From positions 1-19,524 of the forward strand of contig JBHGAY010000047.1 of assembly GCA_041946735.1 (NCBI GenBank): a stretch of DNA of 19,524 bases, given 5' to 3'. The notes beneath the pieces were generated by a model. The model was not told where the DNA came from. It made no database searches and was given only the letters and a program-made list of their open reading frames with translations. Position 1 is the stretch's first letter, and the number at the start of each line of letters is the position of its first letter. Made by a program: the position numbers and the translations under genes. This stretch comes from Candidatus Eiseniibacteriota bacterium. Lineage in GTDB: Bacteria > Eisenbacteria > RBG-16-71-46 > CAIMUX01 > VGJL01. Positions 8,174 through 16,794 of the stretch are shown one piece after another.

Positions 8174-8479
8174 CTAGCCCCTCATCCTGTCGACCTCGTC
8201 GACATCGATGGAGTTCCGTCTCTTGTACAGGTTCAGCACGATCGCGAGGGCGATCGCCACCTCGGCCGCCGCCATGATGATGACGAAGATCGCGAAGACC
8301 TGCCCGCGGATCCCCGGAGCGGTGTAGCGGGCGAAGGCCACGAAGTTCAGGTTCGCCGAGTTCAGGATCAGCTCGATCCCCATCAGGATCGTGACCGCGT
8401 TGCGCCGGGTGAGCACGCAATAGAACCCGGCCGTGAAGAGGATCGCCGCCACGGTCAGGTACGCCTGGAGCGGCATCAT
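8174..8479 (-). CDS. nuoK: NADH-quinone oxidoreductase subunit K
   Basis: RRNAVTILMGIELILNSANLNF, AAAEVAIALA; ATGA overlap with the nuoJ stop. It is the 3' part of track ORF 8174..9514. Confidence 0.96.
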   Translation of the reverse strand: MMPLQAYLTVAAILFTAGFYCVLTRRNAVTILMGIELILNSANLNFVAFARYTAPGIRGQVFAIFVIIMAAAEVAIALAIVLNLYKRRNSIDVDEVDRMRG

Positions 8480-8982
8480 GAGCGTCCCTCCCTCCGGGCC
8501 ATGGTCGCCGCCGCGATCAGGACGGCGAACAGGAGGACCGAGATGACCTCGAACGGCAACAGGAAATCTGTCATCAGATGCGTGCCGATCGCATGCGCGG
8601 TCGGCCCGAGCGCCTCCGGCGGGGCGACCGGCCAGGGCGTCGCGTAGATGACGTAGAGGAGCAGCCCCAGCAGGACAAGGCAGACGACCGCCGCCGGGCC
8701 GCGCTGGAAGCTCGGGCTCTTCAGATCGACGGTGCTGACCTTGTGCGTCAGCATGACGCCGAAGAGGAGCAGGATCATGATCCCGCCGACGTAGATCATC
8801 ACCTGCGTCGCCGCGAGGAAGTCGGCGTGCAGCAGGGCGTAGAGCCCGGCGACGCCGAAAAAGGCGAAGAGCAGCGCGAAGACGCTGTGGATGATCGCCC
8901 GGGCGAACGCGACCACCAGCGCCGAGCCGACGGTCAGAACGGCGAACGCCAGGAAGATCCCTTGCCGGATCGAATCGGACAT
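8476..8982 (-). CDS. nuoJ: NADH-quinone oxidoreductase subunit J
   Basis: ADFLAATQVMIYVGGIMILLLFGVMLT, LPFEVISVLL. Confidence 0.96.
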   Translation of the reverse strand: MSDSIRQGIFLAFAVLTVGSALVVAFARAIIHSVFALLFAFFGVAGLYALLHADFLAATQVMIYVGGIMILLLFGVMLTHKVSTVDLKSPSFQRGPAAVVCLVLLGLLLYVIYATPWPVAPPEALGPTAHAIGTHLMTDFLLPFEVISVLLFAVLIAAATMARREGRS

Positions 8983-9024
8983 CGTCCTCCCATCCTCCCC
9001 TGAAGACCCGTCGAGACGGGCCGG

Positions 9025-9639
9025 CTACTCGCGCGACTCCGTGCCCGCCGGCGGCTCGGCGGCCGCCGGAGCCGGGACGGGGGCGGGGGCGGCGGCCGGC
9101 TTCGGCGCCGCCGCAGCGGCAGCCGCGGCAGCGGCAGCCGCCGCGGCCTCCGCCTTCTTCCGCTCCTCCGCCTTCTTCGCCATCTCCTTGTCCCGCTCGA
9201 GCGCGAACTGCAGGTACATCTCCCGCTTGTCGTGCACGGCCAGCTCGTATTCCTTCGTGGTCGTCAAACACTCGGTCGGGCACGGCTCGGTGCACAGCCC
9301 GCACAGCATGCAGAGCGACATGTCGATGTCGAACCGCGGGATCCACTGCGTGATCTTCGTCCCGTCGGAGGTCACGCCGTATTCGTCCTTCTCCCGCTTG
9401 ACGATCTCGATGTGGATGCACTTGACCGGGCAGGCGCGCGCGCACGCGAGGCACCCGATGCAGTCCTCCTGGCGATTGTGCAGGATGCCGCGGTAGCGCT
9501 CCGGGAGCTGCCACCTCTCGTCGGGATACTCCAGCGTCACCGGCTTCTTGAACGCCTCGCGCCCGGTCACGGACATGCCGACCAGGGCGGTCTTGAGCGA
9601 CTGGTAGATGTCGGAGACGTACTTGGCCACCGGTCCCAT
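9025..9639 (-). CDS. nuoI: NADH-quinone oxidoreductase subunit I (2x[4Fe-4S]) with an Ala/Pro-rich C-terminal tail
   Basis: VTLEYP...RYRG; CIGCLACARACP and CMLCGLCTEPCP. Start at ATG 9639, 2 bp after the nuoH stop. Confidence 0.95.
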   Translation of the reverse strand: MGPVAKYVSDIYQSLKTALVGMSVTGREAFKKPVTLEYPDERWQLPERYRGILHNRQEDCIGCLACARACPVKCIHIEIVKREKDEYGVTSDGTKITQWIPRFDIDMSLCMLCGLCTEPCPTECLTTTKEYELAVHDKREMYLQFALERDKEMAKKAEERKKAEAAAAAAAAAAAAAAPKPAAAPAPVPAPAAAEPPAGTESRE

Positions 9640-9641
9640 CG

Positions 9642-10703
9642 TTATCTCCCCGGGAAGAACCACATCTGCATCCCCAGCCCGATCAACAGCACGAACGAGA
9701 CCGGGATGAGCACCTTCCAGCAGACGTGCATCAGCTGATCGACGCGGAGCCTCGGCAGGGTCCAGCGCACCCACTGGATGACGGCGACGAGCAGGAACGT
9801 CTTGGCGACGAACCAGATCGGGCCGGGCAGGACCTGCCAGGGCAGGAAGGAGTTCCACGCGCCGAGGAACATCGTGGTGGCGACGGCCGAGATCACGAAG
9901 AGGTTCGCGAACTCCGCGAGGAAGAAGAAGGCGAACTTCATCCCGCTGTACTCGGTGTTGTAGCCGCTCACCAGCTCCGACTCCGCCTCCGGAAGGTCGA
10001 ACGGCGTGCGGTTCACTTCCGCGAGGGCGGCGATGAAGTAGACGAGCCCCGCCGCGAAGAGAAACGGCGAGCGGAGAAAGTTCCAGTGCCAGATGCCGCC
10101 CGCCTGCGAGAGACCGATCTGCGTCATGTTCAGCGTGCCGGTGTACATGATGACCCCGATCAGCGAGAGCGCGACCGGGATCTCGTAGGAGATGATCTGG
10201 CTGGCCGCCCGCATCCCTCCGTAGAGGCTCCACTTGTTGTTCGACGCCCAGCCTCCCATCATGATCCCGATCACGCCGAGGGAGCTGACCGCGAGCAGAT
10301 AGAAGATGCCGATGTCGAGATCGGCCGCGATGATCCCGTTGCCGGCCGGAATGACGGCGAAGGTGAGCATCGTCGCAAGGAATGTCAGGACCGGCGCGAT
10401 GTTGAAGAGAAGCCGGTCGGCGCTCGCGGGGACCAAATCCTCCTTCATCAGGAGCTTTAGCGCGTCGGCGATCGTCTGCGCCCAGCCGAACTTCCCGCCC
10501 GTGTAGACGGGGCCGTAGCGACTCTGGATCCGGGCGGAGATCTTCCGCTCCGTCCAGACGAAGAAGAGCGCGCAGATCGCCATCCAGCCGACGGCGACCA
10601 GGCTCGCGAAGACCATCGCGAGGAGGTAGGTAACCTCCGGGGGGATGCTACCGAGAACCGGCGACCCCGCGATCAGTCCGTCGACCCACTCCTTCACTTC
10701 CAC
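9642..10703 (-). CDS. nuoH: NADH-quinone oxidoreductase subunit H
   Basis: ERKISARIQSRYGP, ADALKLLMKED, QIISYE, NRTPFDLPEAESELVSGYNTEYSG, LPRLRVDQLM; GTG start with SD AGGAGG. Confidence 0.97.
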   Translation of the reverse strand: MEVKEWVDGLIAGSPVLGSIPPEVTYLLAMVFASLVAVGWMAICALFFVWTERKISARIQSRYGPVYTGGKFGWAQTIADALKLLMKEDLVPASADRLLFNIAPVLTFLATMLTFAVIPAGNGIIAADLDIGIFYLLAVSSLGVIGIMMGGWASNNKWSLYGGMRAASQIISYEIPVALSLIGVIMYTGTLNMTQIGLSQAGGIWHWNFLRSPFLFAAGLVYFIAALAEVNRTPFDLPEAESELVSGYNTEYSGMKFAFFFLAEFANLFVISAVATTMFLGAWNSFLPWQVLPGPIWFVAKTFLLVAVIQWVRWTLPRLRVDQLMHVCWKVLIPVSFVLLIGLGMQMWFFPGR

Positions 10704-10734
10704 CCCTCCTAAAGAAGACGGCGCCGGCCGCCGC

Positions 10735-11880
10735 CTAGCGGTCGATTTCCCCGAGCACGATGTCCAGCGATCCGACGATGGCCACGAGATCCGCGATCAT
10801 CACGCCGTTGCTGAGCGCGGGCACGATCGCGAGGTTCGTGAAGCACGGCGAGCGCACCTTGAGGCGCCAGAGGTTCGGCTTCCCGTCGGAGACGAGGTAG
10901 TAGCCCAGCTCGCCTCGCGGGTTCTCGACCCGGCAATACACCTCCCCCTTCGGGCACTTGATCATCTTCGGCGTCTTCGGGCTCAGGTAGTCCCCTTCGG
11001 GGATCTGCGCGAGACATTGCCGGAGGATCTTCACCGATTCCGCCATCTCCCACATCCGGACCATGTACCGGTCCCAGCAATCCCCGACCTCCCCCTTGAG
11101 CCCCTTGCCGATCGGGATGTCGAAGTCGAAGCGCGGATAGATCGAGTACGGATCGTCCTTGCGCAGATCCCAGCGCATGCCGCTCGCGCGGAGAGGGGGT
11201 CCGGTGATCCCGTAGTTGATCGCCATCTCGAGAGGGATGACGCCGACCCCGGCCGTCCTCTCGATGAAGATCTTGTTCAAGGAGAGGAGATTGTCGTAGT
11301 CCTTCAGCTTCGGCTGAAAGTAGTCGAGGAACTCGCGGATCTTCTCCAGCATCTCGGGGGTCAAGTCGCCGCTGACGCCGCCGATCCGGTAGTAGTTGTA
11401 GGTGAGCCTCGCGCCGCAGGCCATCTCGAAAATGTCCAGGATCTTCTCGCGATCGCGGAAGCCCCAGACGAGCGGAGTCACCGCACCAAGATCGTTGCCG
11501 AACGTCCCGAAGGCGACGAGGTGGCTCGCGATCCGGTTCAGCTCCGCCATGATCACACGGATGTACTCGGCGCGCTCGGGGATCTCGAGCCCCAGGAGCT
11601 TCTCGACGGTGATGACGTAGCCGTGGTTGTTGTTCATCGCCGCGATGTAGTCCATCCGGTCGGTGTACGGGATGACCCCGGTGTAGCCGACCTTCTCGGC
11701 GTGCTTCTCGAAGCAGCGATGCAGGTATCCGATGAACGGACGGACCTCCTTGACGACCTCGCCGTCGGTCGTCACCTCGAGCCGCAGCACGCCGTGCGTG
11801 GAGGGGTGCTGCGGGCCCATGTTGAGGATCATCTCCTCGGTCTGGAGGTCCTGCGGCTGGACGGTCGGGTCGATCGGCAT
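10735..11880 (-). CDS. nuoD: NADH-quinone oxidoreductase subunit D
   Basis: NMGPQHPSTHGVLRL, GYLHR, DRMDY, ENPRGELG, DIVLGEIDR; no NiFe CxxC motifs. Confidence 0.97.
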   Translation of the reverse strand: MPIDPTVQPQDLQTEEMILNMGPQHPSTHGVLRLEVTTDGEVVKEVRPFIGYLHRCFEKHAEKVGYTGVIPYTDRMDYIAAMNNNHGYVITVEKLLGLEIPERAEYIRVIMAELNRIASHLVAFGTFGNDLGAVTPLVWGFRDREKILDIFEMACGARLTYNYYRIGGVSGDLTPEMLEKIREFLDYFQPKLKDYDNLLSLNKIFIERTAGVGVIPLEMAINYGITGPPLRASGMRWDLRKDDPYSIYPRFDFDIPIGKGLKGEVGDCWDRYMVRMWEMAESVKILRQCLAQIPEGDYLSPKTPKMIKCPKGEVYCRVENPRGELGYYLVSDGKPNLWRLKVRSPCFTNLAIVPALSNGVMIADLVAIVGSLDIVLGEIDR

Positions 11881-11917
11881 CCGTCTCTCCTGTCGGTCCT
11901 GGGCTCGGCGGCCTTGG

Positions 11918-12397
11918 CTACGGCTTGTTCGTCACGCCCCGGTACGACTCCGGGTAGACGTAGTCCTTGCGAAGCGGGTGGCCCTCCCAGTCGAACGGCA
12001 GGAGGATGCGCCGCAAATCCGGATGGCCCTCGAAGTGCACCCCGAGCATGTCGTAGCACTCGCGCTCGTGCCATCCCGCCATCTTCCACACCGGCTCGAC
12101 CGTCGGGAGCGCCGGCGCGGCTCGATCGAGCAGCGCCTTCAGCGTCAGCTTGCGGCCATGCGTCTGCGAATGGAGGTGATAGACGACCGCGATCTGGTCC
12201 GGCGGGTAGTCGACGCCGGAGAGGCACATCAGCCACTCGTAGGAATGTTCTCGATCGTCGCGGAGGAATCGGCACACCTCCGCGATCCTCGGCGGATCGA
12301 TCGACAGGAACGGATCCCCCGCGTGCGCCGTCTCGACGCTCTTCACGACTCCCGGGAAGCGGGCGTTCAGCCGCTCGGCGACCTCCTGGATCTCCAC
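11918..12397 (-). CDS. nuoC: NADH-quinone oxidoreductase subunit C
   Basis: WHERECYDMLGVHFEGHPDLRRILLPFDWEGHPLRKDY. Confidence 0.97.
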   Translation of the reverse strand: MEIQEVAERLNARFPGVVKSVETAHAGDPFLSIDPPRIAEVCRFLRDDREHSYEWLMCLSGVDYPPDQIAVVYHLHSQTHGRKLTLKALLDRAAPALPTVEPVWKMAGWHERECYDMLGVHFEGHPDLRRILLPFDWEGHPLRKDYVYPESYRGVTNKP

Positions 12398-12916
12398 CTA
12401 CGCAGCCCCCCCCACCACGATCGGAGCGCGGTTCTTCGCGATCGTCTTCTTCTTGATCACCTGGTTCTGGAGCGTGATCAGCGCATCGAGGAGCGCCTCG
12501 GGACGGGGGGGACAGCCGGTGACGTAGATGTCGACCGGGATGATCTTGTCGACCCCCTTCAAGACCGAGTAGCCGTGCTCCCAGTACGGGCCGCCGGCGT
12601 TGGAGCAGCTGCCCATCGAGATCACGTACTTCGGTTCCGGCATCTGGTCGTAGAGCAGCTTGACGCGCGACGCCATCTGATGGGTCACCGTCCCGGCGAC
12701 GATCATCAGGTCGGACTGCCGCGGCGTGGCGCGGAACGGGCCGCTCCCGAAGCGGTCGATGTCGTAACGGCTCGCGCCGGTCGCCATCATCTCGATCGCG
12801 CAGCAGGCGAGCCCGAAGGTGACCGGCCAGACGCTCGAGCGGCGCGCCCAATTGATCACGGCGTCGAGAGAGGTGACGACGACCCCGTCGTTGAGCTTGT
12901 TCTCGATCGGACTCAT
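12398..12916 (-). CDS. nuoB: NADH-quinone oxidoreductase subunit B (N2 cluster)
   Basis: [31 protein letters not shown]. Confidence 0.97.
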   Translation of the reverse strand: MSPIENKLNDGVVVTSLDAVINWARRSSVWPVTFGLACCAIEMMATGASRYDIDRFGSGPFRATPRQSDLMIVAGTVTHQMASRVKLLYDQMPEPKYVISMGSCSNAGGPYWEHGYSVLKGVDKIIPVDIYVTGCPPRPEALLDALITLQNQVIKKKTIAKNRAPIVVGGAA

Positions 12917-13387
12917 CTAGCGCCTGCCTCCCGCGGCCTCGGCCTTCGCTTCGATTCCTTCGACCTTCCTCGCGATCCGCCGTTCGTCGAGCGGGAGCGG
13001 GGCTTTCACGTCCTCGCGGCGCACCTGCGGGCGCACCCACTCCAAATCCCCCTTCTTCCAGACATAGGCCAGCGCTTCGAGCAGGCTCACGAGGAAGATC
13101 AGGAGATAGACGAAGGAGACGACCCCCATCTGCTTGAAGACGGTCGCCCAGGGGTAGAGCAGCACGATCTCGACGTCGAAGACGACGAAGATGAGCGCCA
13201 CGACGTAGAAGCGGATGTTGAACTTGATCCAGGGGCTGCCGACCGGACGCTCGCCGCACTCGTAGATCGACTGCTTTTCGGCTCCGGGCGCGAACGGACG
13301 AAGGATCTTTCCGAGCCCCAGCGTAAAGGCGGCGAACCCGACCCCTACGACGATGAAGACAAGGACGGTGGCGAAATGGAACTCCAC
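12917..13387 (-). CDS. nuoA: NADH-quinone oxidoreductase subunit A
   Basis: KQSIYECGERP, FYVVALIFVVFDVEIVLLYPWA, YVWKKGDLEW; GTG start with SD GGAGGAG. Confidence 0.96.
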   Translation of the reverse strand: MEFHFATVLVFIVVGVGFAAFTLGLGKILRPFAPGAEKQSIYECGERPVGSPWIKFNIRFYVVALIFVVFDVEIVLLYPWATVFKQMGVVSFVYLLIFLVSLLEALAYVWKKGDLEWVRPQVRREDVKAPLPLDERRIARKVEGIEAKAEAAGGRR

Positions 13388-13426
13388 GGCTCCTCCCGAC
13401 TCCCGATACCCCGCACAAACAGGACG

Positions 13427-13454
13427 AAACTAATGCGGCTCGCGAAAATGTCAA
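13427..13454 (-). promoter_or_regulatory. Putative sigma70 promoter of the nuo operon
   Basis: TTGACA (13454-13449), 16-bp spacer, TAGTTT (13432-13427). An inverted repeat GGGGCGC...GCGCCCC (13461-13486) lies just upstream. Confidence 0.6.
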
Positions 13455-13507
13455 CCCTTCGGGGCGCTCGCCTTGCGCCGCGCCCCTGCCGCTGTTAGCG
13501 TGACCCC

Positions 13508-14164
13508 GTGCGCTCCGATCGATCCACTCCCTCGGTCCGCCAGCGGGACGACCTCGATCGCGTCGTGCGCTCCGGAGGCCGCCTCCCTCTTCGCGTCGTC
13601 CTCGACAATCTGCGTTCGGCCTGGAACGTAGGATCGATCTTCCGTACCTCGGAAGGGGCGGGCGTCGAATGGATCCACCTCTGCGGCATCACTCCCTACC
13701 CCCCTCACCCGAAGCTCGAGAAGACGGCACGAGGAACGACGCTTCTCGTCCCATGGTCGCACCACGTCGACCCGATGGAAGCGATCCGGATCCTCAAAGG
13801 GAACGGCTATCGTCTTGCGGCTTTGGAGTTGACCGACCGTTCCGTGGATTACCGCAGCCTCCCCTACAGCCACCCGTTCGGGATCATCCTAGGGCACGAG
13901 GTTGCGGGAGTCACGCGCCCGTTACTTGAGAATGCTGACTACATCGTGGAAATCCCCCTTATAGGGCGGAAGAACTCGCTGAACGTGGCGACCGCGTGCG
14001 GGGTCGTGCTGTTCGAGATCCTGCGGCAGTGGGGCATCGGCGGGGGCGAGCCAGACGGCCCGGAGCACGACGGGGGCGAGCGAGGCGGCGATGAGCGGGG
14101 CGATGACTGCGATGGCGGCGCGGCCGCGAGAGACCGCTCTGGCGAGGGCGGTGAGGTCGGCTAG
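13508..14164 (+). CDS. SpoU/TrmH-family RNA 2'-O-ribose methyltransferase
   Basis: VLDNLRSAWNVGSIFRT, ILGHEVAGV, VEIPLIGRKNSLNVATA (SPOUT motifs 1-3); Gly/Asp/Glu-rich tail. Confidence 0.92.
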   Translation: MRSDRSTPSVRQRDDLDRVVRSGGRLPLRVVLDNLRSAWNVGSIFRTSEGAGVEWIHLCGITPYPPHPKLEKTARGTTLLVPWSHHVDPMEAIRILKGNGYRLAALELTDRSVDYRSLPYSHPFGIILGHEVAGVTRPLLENADYIVEIPLIGRKNSLNVATACGVVLFEILRQWGIGGGEPDGPEHDGGERGGDERGDDCDGGAAARDRSGEGGEVG

Positions 14165-14176
14165 CTCTCGCGCCGG

Positions 14177-15052
14177 TCAAGCCGGCTGCCGGCCGCTCCA
14201 CGCGAAGAGGAACTCCGACCACGAAAGCCCTCCCGGGATCTCCCACCCGGACCCATCCTCCGGAACGGACGCCTGTTTCGCCGGCTCGCGCCCCGCGGGC
14301 GCGCGCACGCCGGCCACCTCGGCGAGGAGCAGCGCCACGTTGTCCGGGGATCCGCCGCGATCGGCGCGATCGAGCAGGCGGCGGACGGCGGCTTCCAGCG
14401 GTTGGCCCTGCAGAATCGCCGCCGCCTCCTCCATCGGGACCGCCTTGCCAAGACCGTCGCTGCAGAGCAGAAGCCGGTCGCCCGGGTGCAGCGAGAGCGG
14501 AGAGGCGAAGAGATCGGGCTCGCTCGGTCCGCTCGTCCCGAGATGGCGCGTGAGCAGAGAGCCGAGCGGATCGCGCTCGGCCTGCTCCGGATCGATCTCC
14601 CCCGCCTCGACCTTCTCCCACGCGGCGTTGTGATCGCGCGTGACGAGGCGCAGCACGGCGCCGCGTTGCCAGAGCAGGCGCGAATCGCCGATATGGCCGA
14701 CCCACGCTCCATCGTCCTGATGGAGCAGGACGGTCAACGTGGTCCCCATGCCGTCGAGCGAAGGGAGAACGTCCGCCTCGCGACGCAGCCGGGCGCGCGC
14801 GTCGTGGAAGAGCCGGACGAGGCGATCGGGGCCGGCGAGCGAGTCGGCGGAGCGCCCCGCTTCCTGGCGGCAGGCCTCGATCGCGATGCGGCTCGCGTGG
14901 TCTCCGCCGGGATGTCCGCCCATCCCGTCGGCGACGGCGAGCAGAGAGCCTCCCGGGGGGTCGGAGAGTTCGAACGCGCCCCACGCGTCCTCGTTGCGAC
15001 GGCGGACGCGACCCGTCTCGGTCGCTCCCCGCCATCGGATCGCGAGATCCAT
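14177..15052 (-). CDS. PP2C/PPM-family Ser/Thr protein phosphatase (PrpC/Stp1-like)
   Basis: GRVRRRNEDA, VADGMGGH, GMGTT, HIGDSR, TRDH, LLCSDGL, DNVALL. Start at ATG 15052 with SD GGAGG. Confidence 0.93.
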   Translation of the reverse strand: MDLAIRWRGATETGRVRRRNEDAWGAFELSDPPGGSLLAVADGMGGHPGGDHASRIAIEACRQEAGRSADSLAGPDRLVRLFHDARARLRREADVLPSLDGMGTTLTVLLHQDDGAWVGHIGDSRLLWQRGAVLRLVTRDHNAAWEKVEAGEIDPEQAERDPLGSLLTRHLGTSGPSEPDLFASPLSLHPGDRLLLCSDGLGKAVPMEEAAAILQGQPLEAAVRRLLDRADRGGSPDNVALLLAEVAGVRAPAGREPAKQASVPEDGSGWEIPGGLSWSEFLFAWSGRQPA

Positions 15053-15158
15053 CTTCCTCCGATCCGGGAATGGTTCCTCGGGATGTCGCTGCGAATCGGC
15101 CTGTGAGCTAGAATCTGCGGCTCGGGCCATTTCTGTCAAGGCAGATGAAGGGAGGGGA

Positions 15159-16475
15159 ATGCCCCGCCGCCGCCAGCTCCTCGTGATCTTCCAGACGGTC
15201 TTTCTGGACCTGCTCGGGTTCGGCCTCGTCCTGCCGCTGCTGCCGCTGTACGCCGAGCGGTTCGGCGCCTCGCCGCTGGAGGTCACCTCGATCTCGGCGA
15301 GCTACTCGCTGATGCAGTTCCTCTTCGTCCCGCTGTGGGGGCGCCTGAGCGACCGGGTCGGACGGCGGCCGATCCTCCTGCTGAGCATCGCCGCGGCGGT
15401 CGTCTCCTACACCTTCATGGGACTCACCGGCTCTCTGCTGGGACTGTTCCTCGCCCGGCTCTTCTCCGGCATCGCCGGAGCCAACCTGAGCGTGGCCCAG
15501 GCGTACATCGCCGACGTGACGAAGCCCGAAGAGCGGGCGAAGGGGATGGGACTGGTCGGCGCCGCGTTCGGTCTCGGATTCATCTTCGGGCCGTTCCTCG
15601 GCGGGATCCTCTCCGTCCAGTCGCCGGCGTGGCTGCCCGCGCGGATGCGCGAGGGGGCGAGCCTTCCTTTCTTTGCGGCCGCCGCGCTGGCTGCCGTGAA
15701 CCTCATCCTCGCCTGGTTGTGGCTGCCCGAGACGCGGCGCGCCGGCACGCGCGCCGGTACGATGGCGCGCCCGGCCTTCTCGGGCCACGCGCTCGTCCGG
15801 GCCCTTCTCCATCCCCAGATCGGATCGTTGATCGCGATCGGATTCCTGAGCACGTTCGCCTTCGCGAACATGGAGTCGACTTTCGTACTGTGGGGAGAGC
15901 ACACCCTCGGCATGACCGCGCACAAGGCGGGCTATCTCTTCGCCTGGATCGGCGTCTTGATGGTCGCGATGCAAGGGGGACTGATCGGCCTCCTCGCCCG
16001 CCGCTTCGGAGAGCCGAAGCTCGTCATCGCCGGCACCGCCGCGATGGCGGCCAGCCTCCTCGCCGCCCCGCTCTGCCGCAGCTACGCGCCGCTGCTCGGC
16101 GTGCTCGCGCTCCTCGCGATCGGCAGCGGCATGGCGGGCCCGTCACTGCAGAGCCTCATCTCCCGGCGCACGGGCGCAGACGATCAGGGCGGAATGCTGG
16201 GAGTCAGCCAGAGCGTCTCCTCGCTCGCGCGCGTGACCGGGCCGGTGGCGGCGGGATTCGTCTTCGGCAGGATCGGACCGTCGGCGCCATGGGTGCAGGG
16301 GGGCGTGCTGATGGCCTTGGCCGGAGTCCTCGGCCTGGCGGTCCTTCGCAACGCTCGTCAGGACGGCGGAGAAGGCGAAGGAGCGCAAAAAGCCGAGCGA
16401 GCGCAAGAAGCCGAGGGTGGTGCGGGCCGGATGCGAGAGGCCCGCTCCCCCAGATCAGAGGCGCGGGCTCCATGA
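15159..16475 (+). CDS. MFS transporter, DHA1/TetA-like drug:H+ antiporter
   Basis: TVFLDLLGFGLVLPLLP, motif A GRLSDRVGRRP, motif C GFIFGPFLGG; about 12 hydrophobic segments; SD GGAGG before ATG 15159. Confidence 0.93.
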   Translation: MPRRRQLLVIFQTVFLDLLGFGLVLPLLPLYAERFGASPLEVTSISASYSLMQFLFVPLWGRLSDRVGRRPILLLSIAAAVVSYTFMGLTGSLLGLFLARLFSGIAGANLSVAQAYIADVTKPEERAKGMGLVGAAFGLGFIFGPFLGGILSVQSPAWLPARMREGASLPFFAAAALAAVNLILAWLWLPETRRAGTRAGTMARPAFSGHALVRALLHPQIGSLIAIGFLSTFAFANMESTFVLWGEHTLGMTAHKAGYLFAWIGVLMVAMQGGLIGLLARRFGEPKLVIAGTAAMAASLLAAPLCRSYAPLLGVLALLAIGSGMAGPSLQSLISRRTGADDQGGMLGVSQSVSSLARVTGPVAAGFVFGRIGPSAPWVQGGVLMALAGVLGLAVLRNARQDGGEGEGAQKAERAQEAEGGAGRMREARSPRSEARAP

Positions 16476-16521
16476 GGCGCGTATCGAGGCGTGTCGAGGC
16501 TACGCCGGGCCGGGAGAGGGA

Positions 16522-16794
16522 CTACTCGTCCTCCTCTTCTTCGTCCTCCCAGTCCTCGTCATCCTCCTCGTCGGGCTCTTCGTCGTCCTCTTCCTCTTCG
16601 TCCTCTTCGTACTCGTCCTCGTCCCAGTCTTCGTCCTCGTCGTAGTCGTCGAGGTCCTCGAGATCCTCGTCCTCGTCCTCTTCCTCTTCCTCCTCGTCCT
16701 CGTCTTCCTCGTCGAAGTCCTCGTCGTCGAGATCCTCGTCCTCGTCGTCCTCGGAATCCTTCAACTCGAAAAGCCGCTTCCAGTCTTCCTGCAT
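16522..16794 (-). CDS. Extremely acidic (poly-Asp/Glu) 90-aa protein
   Basis: SD GGAGGAG 4 nt before ATG 16794; MQEDWKRLFELKDSEDDEDED...; 71 of 90 residues are D/E; fills an otherwise empty gap and has an upstream promoter. Confidence 0.75.
   Translation of the reverse strand: MQEDWKRLFELKDSEDDEDEDLDDEDFDEEDEDEEEEEEDEDEDLEDLDDYDEDEDWDEDEYEEDEEEEDDEEPDEEDDEDWEDEEEEDE

Noticed and set aside
10735..12916. Group 4 NiFe hydrogenase interpretation of the cluster
   Set aside because: The large subunit lacks both CxxC motifs, NuoB has the tandem CC, and nuoA/J/K are present.
1423..13498. Long plus-strand and alternative-frame ORFs over the nuo region (e.g. 2978..4555, 6365..8647, 10645..12456, 11732..13498)
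   Set aside because: Shadow ORFs expected in high-GC DNA; Arg/Pro-rich, with no motifs, and overlapping clear nuo genes.
15111..15139. TTGACA on the minus strand upstream of the PP2C gene and TAGAAT (15109-15114) on the plus strand
   Set aside because: Each lacks a convincing partner element at correct spacing, so neither was called as a promoter.
16522..16760. TCC/TCG trinucleotide-like tract as a microsatellite or CRISPR array
   Set aside because: No fixed repeat-spacer pattern; variation follows D/E codon choice.
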